Assembly (NCBI GenBank): GCA_017416205.1
Contig: JAFQDC010000007.1
Location: 6,022 to 70,021 of the forward strand
DNA length: 64,000 nucleotides
Reading direction: 5' to 3'
Origin: Clostridia bacterium
Lineage (GTDB): Bacteria > Bacillota > Clostridia > Oscillospirales > CAG-272
In this document: piece by piece, positions 58,150-64,000 of the stretch
Layout of the letters: every line of letters starts with the position of its first letter
How positions within the stretch are numbered: the first letter of the stretch is position 1
Notes under the pieces: model-generated
What the model was told of the DNA's origin: nothing
What the model saw: the letters and a program-made list of their open reading frames with translations, nothing else
Database searches by the model: none
Program-made: the position numbers and the translations under genes

Positions 58150-61100
58150 TTAGACTATCTCAGCGCCTGCAATTACACGTGAAAGCTTGTTTGCATCCTT
58201 ACCTGTAAGGGCACCGTCGCCATCAAGGTCAATGCGGGCAAACTGTTCGCTTCCGGCTTCAACGCTTATATCACCTGCAAGGAGTCTCTTAAAGAGATAC
58301 GCATCTGCTCCGTTTACCTTACCGTCGCCATCGAAGTCACCCTTGAATTCCTCAGGGATTTCAGGAGTTACGGTATACTCAAGGGTAGCATTTGTGCTCA
58401 TGCCCTTCTGACCGTAGCTGTCAGTGAGAGTACAGTTGAAATATGCACTGATATCGCCGGAAAGCTTCTCGGGGATAGTAATTGTGATGCTTGCGGTATC
58501 TGCTCCGCTGATATAAGGAAGAAGCGCATCGTTTGAGCAATACCAGCTATAAGTAATATTCTCACCGATCGTGGACACGGTAATAGTTACGCTGCCTGTG
58601 TCGGTGATAGTGGAATTAACGGGGGATATGGAAGTAACCTCGGGAGGAAGGGGCTTATCTTCCTTCCATACGGCATAGAGAGTAACTGACTCTTCTGCAG
58701 AATAAATACCGCTGCTCTCATATTCGGCCTCAGCAGCATCTGCACTTGTTGCCCAGCCGAGGAAGGTTGCACCTGACTTCTCGGGAACAGCATCTGTGAG
58801 CTGAAGAGACTTACCTATCACCTTTATCTGATTGGGAAGCGCTTCGCCCTCTCCGCCGTTCAAGTCATAGGTAACAGTATTTGCAAAGAGCTTTGTGTAT
58901 GCACCAAGGCCCTCTCCCATAAGGTCCTTAGCCTTGGCTTCATCTTCAAAATCGCAATCAACGAATATTCTGCCTGCGGAATTTGTGACCTTCACGTTAT
59001 CTATTGCCATACATCCGTTCTGGCTGAAGAACAGGATATAGCTGTCATAGCACTTTACTCCGCTGCTTACTCTTCCGACGAGCTCGCCGTCGAGATAGAA
59101 CTCTCCGGCTCCGTTAAGCACCTTGATGGTAATTCTGTGCCAGTTGGATTCGGACATGGTGCCCCAATCAACGGGGAATGAGACACCTTCTATGGTAACG
59201 TCACTGCTTGTAATATCAATACCGTTACCGCCGTCAGTCCAGAAGGAAGCCTCTGTGTATCCGCTCTTTACGGGAAGGAGGCAAAGATCACAGCTGAATT
59301 CAAGATCCTGCCCTGTTCTACCGTAGCCGTTGATATAGCCGTACGCCTCAGCCTCGGGCCACTGCCAGCCGTATCCGCCGGGAGCTGCATAAGAATAGTT
59401 TTCCGTATCGGGAGTTGCAACGGGGGGAGCTTCGGTTACAACGTAAGGATCAACGCCGCCGGGTACGATAGTCTCAAGACATACCTGAGAGAAGATACGG
59501 GCCATAAAGTCGTTGGGGTGGCACATATTATCGCCTGAGAAGTCAAGGTAATCCTTATAGGAAAGCATATCAGCCTGCATTGCGGTAACGTCTGCAACTA
59601 CAACACCGTCGTAGACATCTGCAAGCTCAACGAGAGCATCGCGGCAAGCCTCGAAGTAGGACATATAGTGACAGAAGGGATTACAGTAGAAGGGTGCCAC
59701 AAGAACGAACTCGCACTCGGGATAGGAGCGGCGGGTTCTTTCTATCATTGTCTGTACTGCAGACTTATAGTTATTCTTAAGCCTTGAAAGGGATCCGGAG
59801 GAATCCTGGCTCTCGTTCATTGCATCGTTTGCACCGAACTCGATAAATACGAGGTCGGGAGAATAGTTAAGAACTCCCGCAGTAAGATTTTCAACCATTC
59901 CGCTTGCGGTGCTTCCGCCGACACAGGAGATCTGATCTCTTATATTACAGCCGTAATCCTTTTCAAGCTTTGAAACGATCATCTGGTTCCACCACTCGGC
60001 ATAAGGATATACGTCTCTGTAAGAAGAGGAGTTTGCGCCACCGCAGATACTGTCTCCAAAGAACACAACATTCATAGAACCGCCGTTTGCGATAGTAGCC
60101 GCAGTATTGGGAAGCTTATCAGCCTGCTTTTCGGGTACGTAGCCTGTCCAGCTGTCTGAATGAGTATAGGTCACGTTAATATATCCGTTATAGAATTCGG
60201 GACTCTGGCCCCAGAATTCCCACTTACCGTCTCCTGCGGCGGTACGGTTATAGTAGGTGCCCCAATCGTATCCGTAGGGGTTTGACTGAGGATGGATATG
60301 CTTATAATCCTTGAGTCTGATATTACCGGACTTTAAGAAGGTTATCTTATTACCCTCAACAGTATAATCGATGCCCTCGTAATAGAGAGAGGAGAAATCG
60401 GAGGTATATACGCTGATGATGCTGTCGGGAGCATACATAAGCGTATATGTAGAATTGCCGTTCTTATCCTTTATGGGATAAACTGCCTCGTTATATACGA
60501 TATCGCCCTTCCAAATGGGAGAGGTATACTTATCGTACTCATACTTTGTGCAGAGATAGTCCGTATTTGTATAATCGGGAGTATCTATTGCATTAAGAGA
60601 GCTGAGTCTGGCATCTCTTTTTTCTATTGCCTCAGACTGATCTTTGCAAAGGAGAACAGAATCGATATACATGGTATCGCCGATATTTGCATTTGTAAAG
60701 CAATCGATACGGATGCTATGGATATCTCCGCTCCACCAGCTGAGGGCGGAAAGGTCTATTATCTGAGAAGTATAGGTATTGCTCTTTGAAATATTATATA
60801 TAACGCTTCTGCCCGCAGTAGGAACCTTTACGCTACCTGCGGAGATAAAGAGCTCTGTCTGAAGAGCCGCTGCCGACGCATCCGTAGGAACGCGGTATAT
60901 AACAACGAGAGAGTCGTAATTATCAGCACTCAATGAGAGTGATGACATATCAAGAAGCGCTCTGGGGTCTATACCGTTATTATCGCTTGATACGGTCATT
61001 TTCATTGCCTTCTCGTTGGCATCAAAGGTAACGTCTACTGCATTGGCTCCACTCATGTATGAGAGCATATCAGCGTTTTCAAACACAAACTCACCGCTTG

Positions 61101-61197
61101 CGGGGTCATAGGTTTCAGCCGCTGACACAGCATAGGGTACTGACACCAGCATCGCAAGGCACAAAACGATGCTTACGACTTTTTTTGCAAGTTTCAT
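58150..61197 (-). CDS. secreted multidomain SGNH/GDSL carbohydrate esterase with C-terminal dockerin
   Basis: Signal peptide ..AVSAAE. SGNH blocks VVFFGDSICGG, FGANDA and D..CHPND. LamG-like region. Listeria-Bacteroides (Flg_new) repeat TVTYDLNGG...FLGWA. Dockerin GDFDGDGKVNGAD and IDLDGDGALTGKD. Confidence 0.8.
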   Translation of the reverse strand: MKLAKKVVSIVLCLAMLVSVPYAVSAAETYDPASGEFVFENADMLSYMSGANAVDVTFDANEKAMKMTVSSDNNGIDPRALLDMSSLSLSADNYDSLVVIYRVPTDASAAALQTELFISAGSVKVPTAGRSVIYNISKSNTYTSQIIDLSALSWWSGDIHSIRIDCFTNANIGDTMYIDSVLLCKDQSEAIEKRDARLSSLNAIDTPDYTNTDYLCTKYEYDKYTSPIWKGDIVYNEAVYPIKDKNGNSTYTLMYAPDSIISVYTSDFSSLYYEGIDYTVEGNKITFLKSGNIRLKDYKHIHPQSNPYGYDWGTYYNRTAAGDGKWEFWGQSPEFYNGYINVTYTHSDSWTGYVPEKQADKLPNTAATIANGGSMNVVFFGDSICGGANSSSYRDVYPYAEWWNQMIVSKLEKDYGCNIRDQISCVGGSTASGMVENLTAGVLNYSPDLVFIEFGANDAMNESQDSSGSLSRLKNNYKSAVQTMIERTRRSYPECEFVLVAPFYCNPFCHYMSYFEACRDALVELADVYDGVVVADVTAMQADMLSYKDYLDFSGDNMCHPNDFMARIFSQVCLETIVPGGVDPYVVTEAPPVATPDTENYSYAAPGGYGWQWPEAEAYGYINGYGRTGQDLEFSCDLCLLPVKSGYTEASFWTDGGNGIDITSSDVTIEGVSFPVDWGTMSESNWHRITIKVLNGAGEFYLDGELVGRVSSGVKCYDSYILFFSQNGCMAIDNVKVTNSAGRIFVDCDFEDEAKAKDLMGEGLGAYTKLFANTVTYDLNGGEGEALPNQIKVIGKSLQLTDAVPEKSGATFLGWATSADAAEAEYESSGIYSAEESVTLYAVWKEDKPLPPEVTSISPVNSTITDTGSVTITVSTIGENITYSWYCSNDALLPYISGADTASITITIPEKLSGDISAYFNCTLTDSYGQKGMSTNATLEYTVTPEIPEEFKGDFDGDGKVNGADAYLFKRLLAGDISVEAGSEQFARIDLDGDGALTGKDANKLSRVIAGAEIV

Positions 61198-61351
61198 AAA
61201 ATATTCCTTTCTTGGTACAATTTGCCTGAATTTCGTACAATTTGACGGATTTTACTCGTCATTCTTATGAAATTATACTACTGTTTACCATGCTTGTCAA
61301 TTATTGATTTAAACTAAATACTAATTACAATAGCATACACCTATAACGCAA

Positions 61352-61379
61352 GATATCCCCCTAAAAAGAGGGGGATATC
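61352..61379 (-). terminator. putative terminator hairpin after the cohesin gene
   Basis: GATATCCCCCT / AAAAAG / AGGGGGATATC (11-bp stem), 10 nt beyond the stop. The U tract is poor. Confidence 0.4.
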
Positions 61380-61388
61380 AAAATTCAA

Positions 61389-62357
61389 TTATTCTTCTTT
61401 ATTATCGCTGCCGGGTGTATTATCCTCAGCAGGGATCTCACCCTTTTTCTCTTTCTTTGTGAGAACTATGATAATAATAACTGCACCTACAACTACTGCA
61501 ACGATTGCCGCAATTATAATACCCTTGTGAAGGACAGCCTTCTTCTCTTCCTGCTCCTTCTGCTCGGGAGAAGTTGTTGTAGGAGCCTTTGTGGTAGAAG
61601 CAACAGTTTCCTTCTCGCCTGAATCGTTTGTTACGATCTCGCCTTCCTTATCAGTCTCGTAATAAACGTCGTTGCCAGCAGTATCTGTTACTACCTGAGT
61701 CATAACGTTGCCGTCATCACCGACAACTTCCTTACCCTCTTCGTCTGTAACAGCCTCAGTTACGGGAATACCTGTTTCGGGCTTTGTGTCCTCAGGCTCA
61801 ACAAGATCACCGTCAACATCGGTCTCAGTGGGCTCTGTTGCATCGGAGCCTGTTACAATGATAGCTGCCTGATCTGTGCAGGATACTGTGAAATCAGGAA
61901 GTGCGGGATCTGTGCAGTCAAAGAACCAGCCCACACCGTCAGCGGGGAACTCCACCTTGATATCATGAGCGCCATTGGGGCAAGCCTTGGAGATCTCAAA
62001 CGTAAGTGTAAGAATAAGACCTGTATTTGTATTAGGCTCGTTATATGCCGCGGGCTCTGCATAGTATCTGTAGTAGCCGTTATTTGTAAGGGGAGCCTTT
62101 GCAAACTCAGAATTTGTATATACCTCTCCGTTTTCTACTGAAAGAAGTGTGAAGTATCTGGAATTGAAGGTTACGTGGAACATTGAGCACCATGTTCCGA
62201 CGTTCTTATCAAGGTATACCTCAACCTCAACCGTATCGCCGGGCTTTCCTTCTGCACCCTTAGCAGAAAACTCAATATCAGTTGCGGCAAAGGTGCTTAT
62301 TGCCATTGCGCTTACAAGAATAACTGCTGTAAGAAGCACTGCAAGAATTCTTTTCAT
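61389..62357 (-). CDS. cohesin-domain protein with acidic linker and C-terminal TM anchor
   Basis: Signal peptide ..STFAAT. Cohesin-like N-terminal module (KPGDTVEVEVYLDKNVG...FHVTFNSRYFTLLSVENG). T/E/D-rich linker. GIIIAAIVAVVVGAVIIIIVL then KKEKK. Confidence 0.6.
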   Translation of the reverse strand: MKRILAVLLTAVILVSAMAISTFAATDIEFSAKGAEGKPGDTVEVEVYLDKNVGTWCSMFHVTFNSRYFTLLSVENGEVYTNSEFAKAPLTNNGYYRYYAEPAAYNEPNTNTGLILTLTFEISKACPNGAHDIKVEFPADGVGWFFDCTDPALPDFTVSCTDQAAIIVTGSDATEPTETDVDGDLVEPEDTKPETGIPVTEAVTDEEGKEVVGDDGNVMTQVVTDTAGNDVYYETDKEGEIVTNDSGEKETVASTTKAPTTTSPEQKEQEEKKAVLHKGIIIAAIVAVVVGAVIIIIVLTKKEKKGEIPAEDNTPGSDNKEE

Positions 62358-62577
62358 AAATTACTACCTTTCTTTTACGTATTACAGATACAAACGCACG
62401 TATCTGTTATAACTTTTTATATTATATAACATCCTCTCGGCTATGTCAAGAATTATCAATCATGATAACTTATTTGTTTACAATTAAAATTAAGTGACTA
62501 CATCTTGATTTTTATGAAAACGGGAATATAATGAAATCAGTAAATATTTGCCGTTACGGCTGAAATCGGAGTTTATC

Positions 62578-63378
62578 ATGTCACTTACCGTAGGTATTCA
62601 GTTATTTTCAGTCAGAGATCATATGGAAAAGGATCCCGCGGGCACTCTCAGAGAGATTGCTTCTATGGGATATACTGCAATTGAACCCTGCAACGGGTCA
62701 TACGGTATGGATCCGTCTGACTTCAGAGCTCTTTGCGATGAGCTCGGTCTCAGAATAATCTGTGCTCATCTCGGCTCATACGAGCTTAATGAAAAAACAG
62801 AAGAAACATTGGTCCTTTACAAGACCCTAGGTGTATCCTATCTTGCAATTGCCGGATTCTGGGGTGACTGTGTATACGGTGGACGTGACTATCCTGCAAT
62901 GATGGAGAAGCTTCAAAAGTCTGCGGCATACTTCAAGGAAAACGGAATACAGATACTTTATCACAACCATGACCGTGAATTTCAAAAGGACAATGATATC
63001 TATCACCTTGATCACATACTCTCAGCCTTTGACGGGAATCTTCTCCTTCCCGAGATCGACACCTGCTGGGCCGCTATCGGCCATGGTGACCCTCAGGATT
63101 ATATAAAAAGGTACAGCGGTCGCTGCCCTATAATTCACTTAAAGGACTTTTCCTGCCACGCAAGCTATAAAAGCGGGAATCTCGGAAACGGACTCCCTGA
63201 GGGATTTGAGATTCGCCCTGTCGGATACGGCAGACTTGACATCGTTGATATTCTTCACACAGCTGAGGCGATCGGAACTGAATGGCTCATCGTTGAGCAG
63301 GATTCTCCCTGCTTTGGACTTTCACAGCTTGAATGTGCAAGGCTCAGCCGCCAGTGGCTTTCGCTGCAAGGATTTTAA
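62578..63378 (+). CDS. sugar phosphate isomerase/epimerase (xylose isomerase-like TIM barrel)
   Basis: GGAG SD, then ATG 62578. GIQLFSVRD N-terminus, YHNH, and HLKD blocks. Confidence 0.75.
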   Translation: MSLTVGIQLFSVRDHMEKDPAGTLREIASMGYTAIEPCNGSYGMDPSDFRALCDELGLRIICAHLGSYELNEKTEETLVLYKTLGVSYLAIAGFWGDCVYGGRDYPAMMEKLQKSAAYFKENGIQILYHNHDREFQKDNDIYHLDHILSAFDGNLLLPEIDTCWAAIGHGDPQDYIKRYSGRCPIIHLKDFSCHASYKSGNLGNGLPEGFEIRPVGYGRLDIVDILHTAEAIGTEWLIVEQDSPCFGLSQLECARLSRQWLSLQGF

Positions 63379-63397
63379 TACAAGGAATAAAAACAAT

Positions 63398-64000
63398 ATG
63401 AAAAATACGATTTTCAAAAATGCGGTATCTCTCACAGTACTGACTGCGCTTTTACTATCGCTCGTTTCCTGCGGTCTTATTGCTCCGATCGAAGTACCGG
63501 ATACCACAGAGGCTGTTACCACAGCGCCTTCAACAACTGCACCTGATACCACCGCACCTGACGATACAACGGCGCCTGACGACACTACATCTGAGACCAA
63601 GCCCTCTACGGTTACGATTTCAATGGTAGGAGATGTGCTGCTTCACGAAAAGGTTGCAGACAGCGGTAAGATGCCTGACGGGACCTACAATTACGACCAT
63701 ATGTTTGTAAACGTTCGTGATCACATTGAAAAGGCTGACATCGCTCTCGTCAACCAGGAGGTTATACTTGGCGGAAGAGAGCTCGGTCTTTACGGTTACC
63801 CTAATTTCAACGGAGCGTTTGAGGTTGGCGACTCCCTTGCAAATGCCGGATTTGATATAATTCTTCACGCCACCAACCACACACTTGATCGCGGAAAGAT
63901 CGCAGTCGAGAACTGTATGAATTTCTGGAAGACTTCTCATCCCGAAATTGAGTATCTCGGAATTCACGAAAGCGCTGAGGACCAAGACAACATCTATTTA
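63398..64000 (+). CDS. CapA/PgsA-family metallophosphatase lipoprotein, 3'-truncated by the window edge
   Basis: Absent from the ORF track because there is no stop in the window. My own translation gives MKNTIFKNAVSLTVLTALLLSLVSCG (lipobox), a T/A/P/D linker, then ISMVGDVLLHE...ADIALVNQE...NHTLDRG. The frame is open for 201 codons to nt 64000. Confidence 0.7.
   Translation, partial: MKNTIFKNAVSLTVLTALLLSLVSCGLIAPIEVPDTTEAVTTAPSTTAPDTTAPDDTTAPDDTTSETKPSTVTISMVGDVLLHEKVADSGKMPDGTYNYDHMFVNVRDHIEKADIALVNQEVILGGRELGLYGYPNFNGAFEVGDSLANAGFDIILHATNHTLDRGKIAVENCMNFWKTSHPEIEYLGIHESAEDQDNIYL

Noticed and set aside
63322-63985. Minus-strand ORFs 63322-63600 and 63620-63985.
   Set aside because: They are antisense to the open-ended + strand CapA-like lipoprotein gene (lipobox plus conserved metallophosphatase blocks), which the track omitted because it has no stop in the window.

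Overview
This 64-kb chromosomal window comes from a moderate-GC, endospore-forming Firmicute of the class Clostridia. A cellulosome-type Ruminococcus or Oscillospiraceae relative is my inference, based on cohesin and dockerin modules, a GH94 cellobiose phosphorylase and many sporulation genes. I support about 62 protein genes. I found no rRNA, tRNA, CRISPR array or recognisable mobile element. Housekeeping genes include gap, purC, radA, galM, yajC, rpmE, hflX, a thiamine pyrophosphokinase and several HAD hydrolases. A sporulation block holds the complete spoIIIAA-AH operon, spoIIGA-sigE, an intact sigK and a cwlD-like amidase. Six loci deserve a second look. (1) An 861-aa single ORF fuses a Tet(M)/Tet(O)-like translational GTPase to a YacP/Rae1-type NYN endoribonuclease domain. 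(2) A four-gene unit encodes an ECF sigma factor, then a membrane-anchored extracytoplasmic serpin in the anti-sigma position, then two dockerin-bearing paralogues of unknown function. (3) An erm-type rRNA methyltransferase lies behind an 8-codon leader (MFVIRTRN, an R-x-R arrest-type motif) whose stop codon abuts an intrinsic terminator. (4) A 3056-aa sortase-signal adhesin (vWA domain, pilin-type domains, ten tandem 124-aa repeats) sits next to a LuxR-type regulator whose upstream region carries a dense CGAAT/ATTCG array. (5) A TM-anchored cohesin protein lies next to a dockerin-bearing SGNH esterase. (6) gap is translationally coupled to an XRE-TPR regulator. All family calls rest on motif reading and remembered homologue sequences. 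No database search was run.
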